A stretch of DNA of 32,000 bases from Candidatus Methanoperedens sp. (GTDB taxonomy: Archaea; Halobacteriota; Methanosarcinia; Methanosarcinales; Methanoperedenaceae). The number at the start of each line of letters is the position of its first letter. The stretch's first letter is position 1. Shown piece by piece: positions 6,977-15,726 of this stretch. The position numbers and the translations under genes are program-made. Location: NCBI GenBank assembly GCA_027460535.1, contig JAPZAR010000014.1:60001-92000 (forward strand). Direction: 5' to 3'. The notes under the pieces were generated by a model. It saw nothing but the letters and a program-made list of their open reading frames with translations, searched no databases and had not been told where the DNA came from.

Positions 6977-8182
6977 CTAATTCGAAAAAACAGCTTTTCT
7001 CACGGCTTCGATAGTGGCATCGATCTCTACAGGCCTGGGACACACATTGAGAACATGCTCCGAATCCTTTAGCAGATGCCCGGTTGTAACGCATACAACA
7101 ATTTCGTTCCGATCTATAACACCCATATCCGCAAGCTTTCGTAATCCCGCGATCGAGGATGCACTTGCAGGTTCAACTCCAATCCCTTCCAGACTTGCAA
7201 GCTCCTGCTGTGCCTTTATGATCTCATCATCCGAGACTGTCTCGGCTGTCCCTCCCGACTCTTTTATTGCCAGGAGAGCTTTTATCGCATTTACGGGGTT
7301 CCCAATGCGGATCGCTGTCGCCACGGTTTCTGGTCTGGCTTCTGGCGTAATCGCTTCTGCATTGCTTTTAATGGCCTTCACTATAGGACTTGCGCCCTCA
7401 GCCTGTATCCCTGTCATTTTAGGCACGCTATTTATTATTCCGAGGCGTTTGAATTCCTTAAAACCTTTGTAGATAGCGGTGATGTTGCCGGCATTTCCCA
7501 CCGGCAGAACGACCCTGTCGGGGGCCTGCCATCCTAACTGGTCCGCTATCTCAAAAGCGATTGTTTTCTGGCCCTCAAGCCTGTATGGATTCACTGAATT
7601 CAGGAGGTAGAATCCTTCCCTGTCGCACAGGTCGCGCACAAGCTTGAGCGCATCATCGAAATTCCCCCGGATGCTCAGGACTTTGGCGCCGTGCATGAGC
7701 GCCTGTGCTAATTTTCCCAGAGCCACCTTGCCTGAGGGTAATAGCACGACAGCAGGAACCCCGGCCTTTGCCCCGTAAACTGCAAGCGATGCCGAAGTGT
7801 TCCCTGTCGAGGCGCAGGCAACTGTTTTCATCCCCAGCTCAAGGGCTTTTGTCACGCCCACGGTCATTCCCCTGTCCTTGAATGAGCCTGTAGGGTTCAT
7901 CCCCTCGTGCTTGACATAAACCTCTTTCAGACCCACACTTTCGGCTATCCTGTCAACACGATAAAGCGGTGTTCCCCCCTCCTTAAGGGAGATGGGCTCG
8001 CGTCCAACAGGTAAAAGGGCGCGATATTTCCAGACGGAAAGAGGACCGCTCAGGTCTTTTTTGGATATATGGATATTTTGATAATCATAAACCACATCTA
8101 GGAGACCGCCGCAGCTACAGGTGTAAATGACATCGGTTGAACTATATTTCCTGTGGCATGCGATGCACTCGAGGTGGTACAT
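6977..8182 (-). CDS. thrC: Threonine synthase
   Basis: 401 aa. The PLP-lysine motif is GSFKDRG, and GNAGN and a Cys-rich N-terminus (CIACHRKY..CSCGG) typical of archaeal ThrC are present. Confidence 0.92.
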   Translation of the reverse strand: MYHLECIACHRKYSSTDVIYTCSCGGLLDVVYDYQNIHISKKDLSGPLSVWKYRALLPVGREPISLKEGGTPLYRVDRIAESVGLKEVYVKHEGMNPTGSFKDRGMTVGVTKALELGMKTVACASTGNTSASLAVYGAKAGVPAVVLLPSGKVALGKLAQALMHGAKVLSIRGNFDDALKLVRDLCDREGFYLLNSVNPYRLEGQKTIAFEIADQLGWQAPDRVVLPVGNAGNITAIYKGFKEFKRLGIINSVPKMTGIQAEGASPIVKAIKSNAEAITPEARPETVATAIRIGNPVNAIKALLAIKESGGTAETVSDDEIIKAQQELASLEGIGVEPASASSIAGLRKLADMGVIDRNEIVVCVTTGHLLKDSEHVLNVCPRPVEIDATIEAVRKAVFSN

Positions 8183-8219
8183 AGGATACTCAATAGAATT
8201 GTAAGGCTTATAGATTACT

Positions 8220-9182
8220 CTAATACTTTCGCTCTATCATATAATCAGCGAGCCCGATAAGTATCTTTTTCGCTTCAGAATCAGGAAGTAATTTGAGCGA
8301 GGACTTTCCTTCCTCTACAAAATTCAAGGCCTTGTTCATAGCATAGTCGATGGAGCCCGATTCTTTCAATGCGGTGAGCGCGGCCGAGACCTCACTGCGT
8401 GTGGCATTGCTTTTCCCGAGCGCATCAATGGTAACTCCTTTTGAGAGAGCATGGATAACGATAAGAGTACGCTTTCCCTCGATAATGTCTCCGCCTTGCG
8501 CTTTTCCAAGGATCTCCTCGGGTGTTATCAGGTCTATCACATCATCGTATATCTGGAATCCCACACCTGTCATCCGCCCAAAATCCCACAGGCTCCGGGC
8601 CAGGTCATTATTGGCTCCGGATAATGTCGCCCCCATTTTTACCGCGGTCGCAAAAAGCACGGCGGTTTTTTTCTCAACCATGCGCATGTACTCTTCCTCT
8701 GTAACGTCTTTCCGCGTTGCGAAATTCATATCCATCCACTGCCCCTCGCATATATCTGTGCAGGTCTTGGACATGAGTTCAAGGCTTTCCACAAGCCGCA
8801 CCGGTTCGCTTCGTGTGCACGAAAGGATCTCAAAAGCTTTTGAATAAAGGGCATCCCCGGCTATGATTGCCCTTGGCACTCCCCATTTTTTATGAACAGT
8901 AGTGAGCCCCCTCCGCAGCTCGGCCTCGTCCATAATATCATCGTGGATAAGCGTGAAGTTATGGACCAGCTCTATAGCTACTGCAGCGGGCAGCACATTT
9001 TCAGGCTTGCCCCCCACAGCCTCAGCGGCCAGTAATAGCGCAGATGGGCGAAGCCTCTTTCCTCCTGCATCCAGCAGGTGGCGCATGGCATGATACAGTT
9101 CATCGGGAGGAGTTATGGGCAGGAATTTCGGGATGGCTTCATCCACCAGTTTCGCCCGCTTCTGAAGCTCCTCTTCGATCAT
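8220..9182 (-). CDS. idsA: Polyprenyl (geranylgeranyl) diphosphate synthase
   Basis: It has the first Asp-rich motif LIHDDIMDEAELRRG and the second, FQIYDDVID. Its ATG overlaps the RNase J stop as ATGA (9179-9182). Confidence 0.9.
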   Translation of the reverse strand: MIEEELQKRAKLVDEAIPKFLPITPPDELYHAMRHLLDAGGKRLRPSALLLAAEAVGGKPENVLPAAVAIELVHNFTLIHDDIMDEAELRRGLTTVHKKWGVPRAIIAGDALYSKAFEILSCTRSEPVRLVESLELMSKTCTDICEGQWMDMNFATRKDVTEEEYMRMVEKKTAVLFATAVKMGATLSGANNDLARSLWDFGRMTGVGFQIYDDVIDLITPEEILGKAQGGDIIEGKRTLIVIHALSKGVTIDALGKSNATRSEVSAALTALKESGSIDYAMNKALNFVEEGKSSLKLLPDSEAKKILIGLADYMIERKY

Positions 9183-10516
9183 AAGAGCATTTCCTCGCCG
9201 TTCCTCATGATATGGACCGTATCGCCGAAAACGTAGCCCGCATCTTCCGCCAATTCGACATAACTTGCATGCATCAACATAGTCCCATGCGAAGGTATGA
9301 CCTGTTCAGGATTTATCATCCGCAGGACTTCCCAGTGATCTTCCCTGGAAGCGTGCCCGGAAACATGAACGTTATCGTAAATACGCGCTCCAGCCATCTT
9401 TAGTTTTGTCTCAAGGGCATACCTGTTCGCAAGCGTCATTGGATTGGGGATAGCATTCGCGGAAAATATGACCTTGTCCCCGGATTCAATCCTGAACTGT
9501 GTCTCTCCATTTGCAATGCGTGAGAGTATGGCGTCAGGTTCGCCCTGGTGCCCCGTGATTATGGGAAGGTATTTCTTCTTTCCATCCTGGGAAATGCGTC
9601 TTAAGGCTTTGTCAACAGCGTTCCTGCTCCCGTGTATCTCAAGATTTTGCGGGAATTTTATATAACCCATGTTCTTTGCTGTGGTAAGATATCGTTCCAT
9701 CGACCGCCCCAGCAGCACGGGGATCCTGTTCATTTCTTCAGCGGCCTGGATTATGGCGTTAATGCGCGCTACGTGGGAAGAGAACGTCGTAATTACTACC
9801 CCGGAGTCTGTTTCCTCTGTTCCAAGAAGCACATCGCGCACTAAGTCTTTGGCTATCTGTTCCGAGGGTGTTTTCCCTGAGTGCCCCGCATTCGTGCTCT
9901 CGGTGATCATTACTCTTACGCCCTCTTTTCCAAGTTTTTTAAGCCTCTGGAAGTCAGGCGGCTCGCCCAGCGTTGGGGTTCTGTCTAACTTAAAATCGCT
10001 GGCGTACAGCACCACCCCTTCAGGGGTATGGATTGCCGCAAAAGCCGCATCCACTATGCTGTGCTGGATCCTGATGAACTCGATCTGTATATCCGGTGTA
10101 AGGTTATAGCGCCCGCCAAGCTTCAGCGGGATAACTTCATTATTCACCTTAAATTTCTTTTCATCTTCTATCTCATGTTTCACAAGTTCTGCGGTATAGG
10201 GGGTAGCGATTATAGGTGCCTTGTACCTGTGCGCCAATTTCGGTATCGCACCGATGTGATCAAGGTGGCCGTGCGTGCACACGATCGCCCTGACAGTTCC
10301 ACCCACTTCCTTCATGACGGTGTCATCCGGTATAGCACCCATCTTGATCAGGTCCATTGAATGCATCTTTTCTATTTCCACATCCTCGTGTATCTGGACC
10401 CTGTCCAGTTGAAGTCCCATATCCAGTATAATGACATCATTATCTATCCTGACGCCGGTCATGTTCTTACCCATTTCATTATATCCGCCGACGGCTATTA
10501 TTCCTATTTCAGTCAA
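9179..10516 (-). CDS. rnj: Archaeal RNase J (metallo-beta-lactamase / beta-CASP ribonuclease)
   Basis: 445 aa with the MBL motif HGHLDH. The beta-CASP region carries conserved D/H residues (..HVSGHASRED..). Its position between fni and idsA matches the conserved archaeal synteny. Confidence 0.85.
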   Translation of the reverse strand: MTEIGIIAVGGYNEMGKNMTGVRIDNDVIILDMGLQLDRVQIHEDVEIEKMHSMDLIKMGAIPDDTVMKEVGGTVRAIVCTHGHLDHIGAIPKLAHRYKAPIIATPYTAELVKHEIEDEKKFKVNNEVIPLKLGGRYNLTPDIQIEFIRIQHSIVDAAFAAIHTPEGVVLYASDFKLDRTPTLGEPPDFQRLKKLGKEGVRVMITESTNAGHSGKTPSEQIAKDLVRDVLLGTEETDSGVVITTFSSHVARINAIIQAAEEMNRIPVLLGRSMERYLTTAKNMGYIKFPQNLEIHGSRNAVDKALRRISQDGKKKYLPIITGHQGEPDAILSRIANGETQFRIESGDKVIFSANAIPNPMTLANRYALETKLKMAGARIYDNVHVSGHASREDHWEVLRMINPEQVIPSHGTMLMHASYVELAEDAGYVFGDTVHIMRNGEEMLL

Positions 10517-10535
10517 TTAATTCACTCCATAATAA

Positions 10536-11595
10536 TTATTTTATATTTTTATATCTTTTTCTGGCAAATCTAGCTGTCTCAAATCCCCTTTGCTCCAGGA
10601 ATTCCTTCGTTTTGCCTGTGATGACCGCAGGGGCATTTCCAAGCTCCTCAACAGTCCTGCATCCGCTTAAGAACATCGCAACTTTGAGTTCTTCAATAAC
10701 CATGGTCAGTTTATCCACAACATCTTTTTGACCTTTCAATGCAGGCGCTACCAGAGGCAGTGCTATGCCGCAAAGTGACGAAGATAACAGGCACCGATAT
10801 CGTGGATTCTACGATGCTGGTAACTGTTGGTATTCCCCAGTTCCAGAATTGCTTTCCCAGATGATCTGATAGCAGGTCTCCTCGTTTCTGGGCGCGATAT
10901 GTCTCAACCCCGGCCCAGCTCGTTCCTCCAAGACCGCCTATATCTATGGCCGCAGCCCCGGCCTCGCATATCGCCACAGCCTGCGAATGTGAAATGCCGG
11001 CACCCGTCTCCTTGACTATCACTGGCACCGAGAGCTCATCGCAGACTTTCTTGATCGAATCAAGACATCCTGTGGCGTCAATGTTGCCTTCTGGCTGTAT
11101 GGCTTCCTGGAGAAAATTCAGGTGAACCGCCATGGCATCGGCCTTTATCATCTCTACAGCCCGCTCAAGTCCTTCTATTCCGAATTCTTCGAGTTGTGCA
11201 GCACCTACATTTCCATATACGAATGCATTGGGGGCCTTGTCCCTGACTATCCTGAATGAATCTTCAAGGGCCGGGTCTTCTATCGCTGCTCTCTGGCTTC
11301 CCACACCTATTCCTATTCCAAGCTCTTCAGCCGCACCTGCAAGCGCGGCATTTACCGCTGTAGTGTCAGGGTGTCCGCCTGTCATTGAAGCAATCAGTAT
11401 TGGAGCACTCAATTTCTTGCCCAGAAACTCAATTTCCAGATCAAGGTTTTTTTTATTGATTTCAGGAAGGCAGTTATGAACAAGATCCACGTCATCAAAA
11501 CCTGAAGCCCGAAGCCCTAAATATGATTTATGGGATTCAACGTTCTTTTCAACGCATAATAATAAGTGTTCGATCTTCCTGTCCGATGTGGTCAT
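10536..11595 (-). pseudogene. fni: Type 2 isopentenyl-diphosphate delta-isomerase (FMN-dependent), apparently disrupted by an internal deletion plus frameshift
   Basis: ORF 10711-11595 matches IDI2 up to ..FWNWGIPTVTSIVESTISVPVI, then turns to nonsense and ends in TAA. ORF 10536-10739, in a different frame, supplies the IDI2 C-terminus (..VIEELKVAMFLSGC..). Read upstream, that frame gives SSLCGIALPLVAPALKG. The expected ~18-aa SGGIRxGxDxAKAxALG segment between VPVI and GIALPL is missing. Confidence 0.7.
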
Positions 11596-11627
11596 TTAAT
11601 ACCTGTAATTTAACATTATATATATAA

Positions 11628-12392
11628 TCATTTGTCCGCAATCAGCGTTCCTACATCTTCCCCGTATAAAAATTTAGAGACCATTCCTTTTTTAGAAGCG
11701 TTAAAAATACGGGAGCTTATCCCGGCTTTTGAGAGTTCCAGGAATTCTGAAACCTTCCCGAGCATTCCCCCCGTCACGTCGGTGGTGGCTGAACCTTTGA
11801 TGTCTTTTTTGATATCCACAAAGCTAAGTGGAGTGATCTTTTTTATTACTTCACCAGTTTGATCAAGCACACCTTCAACATTTGTTCCCGCGCCGATCCT
11901 GGATGCGTTCATAATCGGCGCAAGATAGGAGATTATCCTGTCCCCGGAGAGGATGGCGGCCCCTTTCATTGTGTCCATCGCCACATCTCCGTGGAGCACA
12001 GGCACGACGCCCCTGCCCAACATCACTTTGATCTGCTCCACCTGAAAAAAAGCAATTTTCCCATCTTCAAGAATGCAGGAACTTAACGGATGGACGGGCA
12101 ACGCGTTAACTCCTGCATTATTTAATGATTCAAGTACCATTGAATTCAACAGTTTTACGGAATTATGCGTGAAATATACGCCCCTGGCATCGAACCCTTC
12201 ATTTACCCATTTCATAGCCTGGGGATGTCCGAAAGAACCTGCACCATGGACAAGTATGAGATTCGCATCAATATCTTTCTTGAAAGAGGCAATCTCCTGC
12301 GATATCCTCTCTATTTCATCCTTTTTTGCAATTGATACAGAACCTTTCTCGGTGATAACACTTCCACCGATCTTTAAGATAATAAGGCTCAT
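11628..12392 (-). CDS. ipk: Isopentenyl phosphate kinase
   Basis: 254 aa of the amino-acid-kinase fold, with ILKIGGSVIT, the HGAGSFGH motif and TDVTGGM. It overlaps the mvk stop by 4 nt. Confidence 0.9.
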   Translation of the reverse strand: MSLIILKIGGSVITEKGSVSIAKKDEIERISQEIASFKKDIDANLILVHGAGSFGHPQAMKWVNEGFDARGVYFTHNSVKLLNSMVLESLNNAGVNALPVHPLSSCILEDGKIAFFQVEQIKVMLGRGVVPVLHGDVAMDTMKGAAILSGDRIISYLAPIMNASRIGAGTNVEGVLDQTGEVIKKITPLSFVDIKKDIKGSATTDVTGGMLGKVSEFLELSKAGISSRIFNASKKGMVSKFLYGEDVGTLIADK

Positions 12393-13285
12393 TCTGTTTG
12401 CACCCCATTCGGAGTGAACCGGGTGACTATGGCATGTCCCCCTGCTTTTTCAATCGCGGACGCAACTTTTTGAGGTGAATCTGTCAGGGCTACCATGCAT
12501 CCACCCCCTCCAGCGCCTGTGATCTTCGCACCAAAAGCCCCGGCATCCCTGGCCGCATAGACAAGAGAAGATAATTCCGCCGTGCCGACGCCAAGGGCAT
12601 CGAGCAGCCCGTGATTAATATTCATGAGCTTTCCCAGGGAACTGTAATCTTTTTTTGAGATAAAGATTTCACCTTTTCTGGCGAATGAGCCGATCGTCCT
12701 GATTATGGGGTTTATCATATCCGGATATTCTTCTTTGAGCGCGGCCACCTGCTTTACGAGCTTTGCGGTTTTTTTGGGCGATGCTCCTTTGTTGGTGTTA
12801 CCTATTACCATGCCGCATTCAAGGATAGGTAATCTCTTTCGCGAAGGCATCTCAAACACGCCGCCGAATGTAGATACGAACGTGTCCGTTGGGCTTGCTG
12901 CCCCCTGCACTTCTTTTTCGATCTCGTGCCCTGTTTTTGCGATCCATTCACTGTCATATCCAAGCCCGAATTCAATGTTGATCGCAGAAAGGGTTGCGAC
13001 AGTTACGGCTGCCGAGGAGCCGAGTCCCGAGCCCACGGGAATGTCCGAACTTATGCTGACCGAGACCTTCTTGACACCTATTTTTTCGATCGCGGTTGAA
13101 ACATAAGGATGTACTTCAAAATCAAGTCCTGTAGTTCCTATATCCGATGATATTGTAATCGCATCAGAGCTTTTTACGCACACACGGGTCCGAAGTTCAA
13201 TGGCGCAGGCTATGGCAGGCTCGCCGTAAACAACGGCATGCTCACCAAAAAGGTATATCTTGCCCGGGGCTGAGCAGGTGATCAT
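12389..13285 (-). CDS. mvk: Mevalonate kinase
   Basis: GHMP kinase motifs are present: APGKIYLFGEHAVVYG, PVGSGLGSSAA and KITGAGGGGCMVAL. Confidence 0.92.
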   Translation of the reverse strand: MITCSAPGKIYLFGEHAVVYGEPAIACAIELRTRVCVKSSDAITISSDIGTTGLDFEVHPYVSTAIEKIGVKKVSVSISSDIPVGSGLGSSAAVTVATLSAINIEFGLGYDSEWIAKTGHEIEKEVQGAASPTDTFVSTFGGVFEMPSRKRLPILECGMVIGNTNKGASPKKTAKLVKQVAALKEEYPDMINPIIRTIGSFARKGEIFISKKDYSSLGKLMNINHGLLDALGVGTAELSSLVYAARDAGAFGAKITGAGGGGCMVALTDSPQKVASAIEKAGGHAIVTRFTPNGVQTE

Positions 13286-13439
13286 CTTAAAAGTCTCCGA
13301 TAACTGTCCTAGAGATGCCCTGAATCAATATAAGCATTGCCGATGCGCATAAAATTGTCTATCTTGAATTTTCAATTATTAGGACATCAACCTTTCCTGC
13401 TGATCTCAGGGATTACCTAAAAATAGATAGCAATATTTT

Positions 13440-13643
13440 GGAAACAAACCGCAGATGAACGCCCCGAGTCGCGAGCCTCCCGAGTCGCGCCTCGGGAGGG
13501 CGTGTACACGTATTGCTTCGCAATACGTGGGCGCGGAGTCGAGAACCCGCAGGGTTTCGGAGCGGCGCATCCACGTATGCCCGCAGGCATACGTGTCTAT
13601 GCATTGCGGCGGGCATGACGCCGATGAACGCAGATTTGTTGCC
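13440..13643. repeat. GC-rich, multi-hairpin, MITE-like or structured-RNA element bounded by 9-nt inverted termini
   Basis: The termini are GGAAACAAA (13440-13448) and TTTGTTGCC (13635-13643). There are three strong hairpins. The first is 13476-13484/13491-13499 (9 bp). The second is CACGTATTGC-TTC-GCAATACGTG at 13507-13529 (10 bp). The third is CACGTATGCC-CGCA-GGCATACGTG at 13572-13595 (10 bp). CCCGAGTCGCG is a direct repeat at 13463-13473 and 13479-13489. GCAGATGAACGC-type motifs lie at both ends. The flanks are AT-rich intergenic DNA. Confidence 0.6.
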
Positions 13644-13780
13644 AGGTCTTATGAATAAAATTGGATAAGTTATTCTTTTGTGAACTCTAAAGATACTTGA
13701 GTGACTTTGATCGCAAAGCTGTCATCACGAAAGCTATAAAAATGTTAGAGACCATGAATAACTATGGGGTGTTAAAAAAT

Positions 13781-14374
13781 ATGGCTTACGAACCAAAGAA
13801 TTTTGATAGCTTGCTTGGAACGAAAGGGTTCAGCGATCAGTTGCTGAAGAACCATTTCACATTGTACCAGGGTTATGTAACGAACACAAATAAAGTGGCT
13901 GATGCATTGAATGCGATGGCAAAAGAAGGAAAGGCCGGGACACCCGAGTATGCTGAACTGAAACGCAGATTCGGCTGGGAATGGAACGGCATGAGATTGC
14001 ATGAGTATTATTTCGGGAATATGATCAAGGGCGGCAAAGTGATCGATAAAAATACAAATTTCTATAAAAAGATCGCTGAAGATTTCGGATCATATGAAAA
14101 CTGGGAAAAGGATTTCAGGGCCGTGGGCTCCATGCGCGGCATCGGATGGGTAATACTGTATTACGACGGTATGGGAGACAAACTCTTCAATACCTGGATA
14201 AATGAACACGATGTTGGCCACCTGTGCGCGGCAAGTCCCATGATAGTCATGGACGTTTTTGAACATGCCTTCATGATCGACTATCAATTGAAGAGAGCGG
14301 ACTATATAGAGGCTTTTTTCAAGGCGATAGACTGGTCCCTCGACCCGGGATTTGACAAGATGATGTTCGGATGA
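13781..14374 (+). CDS. Fe/Mn-family superoxide dismutase
   Basis: All four metal-ligand positions are recognisable: ..KNHFTLYQGYV.. (His), ..RLHEYYF.. (His) and ..MDVFEHAFMIDY.. (Asp and His). The track ORF starts at TTG 13697. ATG 13781 (MAYEPKNFDSL..) matches SOD N-termini and has GGGGTG 9 nt upstream. Confidence 0.8.
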   Translation: MAYEPKNFDSLLGTKGFSDQLLKNHFTLYQGYVTNTNKVADALNAMAKEGKAGTPEYAELKRRFGWEWNGMRLHEYYFGNMIKGGKVIDKNTNFYKKIAEDFGSYENWEKDFRAVGSMRGIGWVILYYDGMGDKLFNTWINEHDVGHLCAASPMIVMDVFEHAFMIDYQLKRADYIEAFFKAIDWSLDPGFDKMMFG

Positions 14375-14412
14375 GCGCAATCACGCTCACCTTTCCCAAT
14401 AATTTTTTATTT
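14372..14412 (+). terminator. Stem-loop plus oligo-T tract downstream of the SOD gene
   Basis: TGAGCG (14372-14377) pairs with CGCTCA (14384-14389), followed by a T6 run at 14403-14408. Archaeal termination commonly uses oligo-T tracts. Confidence 0.4.
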
Positions 14413-14480
14413 CATCATTTATATTAACTGCATATCCGCAGCACACAAGCACCGTTGAATATTGACAAAATAGGGGATTT

Positions 14481-14596
14481 ATGCATCTCATACAGGCATC
14501 GTACGGGGTATACCGTGACTCTACCTTTCTGCGCTCGTTATCATGCTCCCAAAAAGCGATAGAATCCAGAACTCCTCACAGAATACTGAAAATCAG
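14481..14596 (+). repeat. Dispersed non-coding repeat, copy A (long form)
   Basis: It starts ATGCATC and ends ..CTGCGCTCGTTATCATGCTCCCAAAAAGCGATAGAATCCAGAACTCCTCACAGAATACTGAAAATCAG. This aligns by eye (~70%) with copies at 15172-15283 and 17584-17653. The reading frames of the copies differ, so it is not conserved coding sequence. Confidence 0.55.
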
Positions 14597-14728
14597 ACGC
14601 GCATTATCCAGCGTAAGGTTTAAATATGGATAATTATTACTATTATCTGTCATGGTGGTAATTTATCAAGGAGGTATCTTGAGCAATATTACCGAAATTT
14701 GGCAATTTAAAAAGAAAATGGAGGAACT

Positions 14729-14893
14729 ATGTCAACTATCACACATGTTGTAATTGATGGCTTTCTGTATGATGTGCAGAAGCCTACACCGGACACGCTG
14801 AAAGAATTCATATTAGAATTCCCAAAAGGTAAAATAGATGAAGTTTTAAAGAACAAGCGATACGCATCAATTAAAAAAGTTAAACCAATCTGA
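14729..14893 (+). CDS. 54-aa hypothetical small protein
   Basis: It is below the track cutoff. ATG at 14729 is preceded by GGAGGA (14720-14725). The uninterrupted frame reads MSTITHVVIDGFLYDVQKPTPDTLKEFILEFPKGKIDEVLKNKRYASIKKVKPI and stops at 14891-14893. I recognise no family. Confidence 0.4.
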   Translation: MSTITHVVIDGFLYDVQKPTPDTLKEFILEFPKGKIDEVLKNKRYASIKKVKPI

Positions 14894-15171
14894 ATATAAA
14901 CGTGATGTTAAAACCCACATTATACATATCAACTTTGATTAATTAGGATTTTTCCTCATACTTATTTTAGATATATAGGTTATTAATTTTTTCCATTTAT
15001 TGTTAAAATCAAACCGTTTTAGCGATTACGTGTAAAAGATTAATATTAGATTATATAACAAACTGCCTTGCAGAAAAATATTAAAATAATTCATTTCAAG
15101 TGCGGAATATGGGATACACTTTTGTGCCCCCTTTTTGACAATTTCCAACAAAAATGGGCGAGAAAAACCTC

Positions 15172-15283
15172 ATGCATCCGTGCGGGGATGCCCTACGAAT
15201 CATTGCGCGACTGAAGGCGATAGGCGTTCTCGTGCTCCCGAAAGGAAATGGAATCAAGAACTTCCAATATCAGGAAATTAGTG
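15172..15283 (+). repeat. Dispersed non-coding repeat, copy B (long form)
   Basis: It reads ATGCATCCGTGCGGGGATGC... then ...GCGTTCTCGTGCTCCCGAAAGGAAATGGAATCAAGAACTTCCAATATCAGGAAATTAGTG, homologous to copy A. It underlies track ORF 15154-15372, which I therefore do not call as a gene. Confidence 0.5.
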
Positions 15284-15389
15284 CACCTCCGAAATTCAAG
15301 TGCCGATTCTACTTCTCTTGCCTTGAACAAGAAAAAAATAGATTTAGCACCCAAACACTATATAATCAGTAAATTAACAATGGCTAACT

Positions 15390-15563
15390 ATGGAGCTAAA
15401 GGATAATCAAAAACAAGGAATCGGACTATTTTTTGTCAGTGTTGGGAGTTTGCTGGGACTGCTCAGCAGTCGTTTACCTAAAGAGTATGGAATTCTAGTA
15501 TTGATATCCGGAACACTGCTTTACATTGTGGGTGTAATTTTACTTTTTAAGAGTCGAAAATAG
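15390..15563 (+). CDS. 57-aa hypothetical two-TM membrane protein
   Basis: It is below the track cutoff and reads MELKDNQKQGIGLFFVSVGSLLGLLSSRLPKEYGILVLISGTLLYIVGVILLFKSRK. It has two clean hydrophobic helices with a basic tail. There is no obvious SD. Confidence 0.3.
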   Translation: MELKDNQKQGIGLFFVSVGSLLGLLSSRLPKEYGILVLISGTLLYIVGVILLFKSRK

Positions 15564-15633
15564 GTATGCACAATCTGGCGCACCATATGATAAATCGTGA
15601 AATCTTCCAAAAATGCAAAACTATCGAGCATGG

Positions 15634-15726
15634 GCGCTGATGCTACCGAATTCATTCAGGAGTCAGTGACTGCATCCACACTCGTTCAAACGCCCTCGAG
15701 CATGCACACCGATGCATGCCGAAGCC
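15634..15726 (+). repeat. Dispersed non-coding repeat, copy D (degenerate, apparently permuted or tandem partial copies)
   Basis: GCGCTGATGCTACCGAATTCATTC resembles the GCCGATAGGTAACCCGAATTCTTC part of copy C. TGACTGCATCCACACTCGTT resembles TGATGCATCTGTGCTCGTT of copy C, but in swapped order. It underlies track ORF 15597-15860. Confidence 0.3.

Noticed and set aside
6885-7094. 69-aa minus-strand ORF overlapping the 3' end of thrC, and other antisense or overlapping track ORFs inside thrC, idsA, rnj, ipk, mvk, guaA, leuC, thrS and acnA (e.g. 7014-7472, 8350-8847, 9669-10109, 12705-13106, 20234-20815, 22285-22851, 24799-25359)
   Set aside because: All are nested in or antisense to strongly supported conserved genes. 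They show the biased Ser/Pro/Ala/Arg composition of shadow frames.
10700-10830. Programmed frameshift, or stop-codon recoding (pyrrolysine/selenocysteine), as an explanation for the split fni gene
   Set aside because: The N-terminal fragment ends in TAA, not TAG or TGA. A simple shift would not restore the ~18 missing conserved residues (SGGIR..AKA..ALG). A deletion or assembly error is the simpler reading.
13413-13658. Overlapping 67-aa ORFs on both strands (13413-13616 minus, 13455-13658 plus)
   Set aside because: They coincide exactly with the GC-rich hairpin cassette. Open frames on both strands, Arg/Ala/Pro-rich translations and perfect palindromes all argue for non-coding structured DNA.
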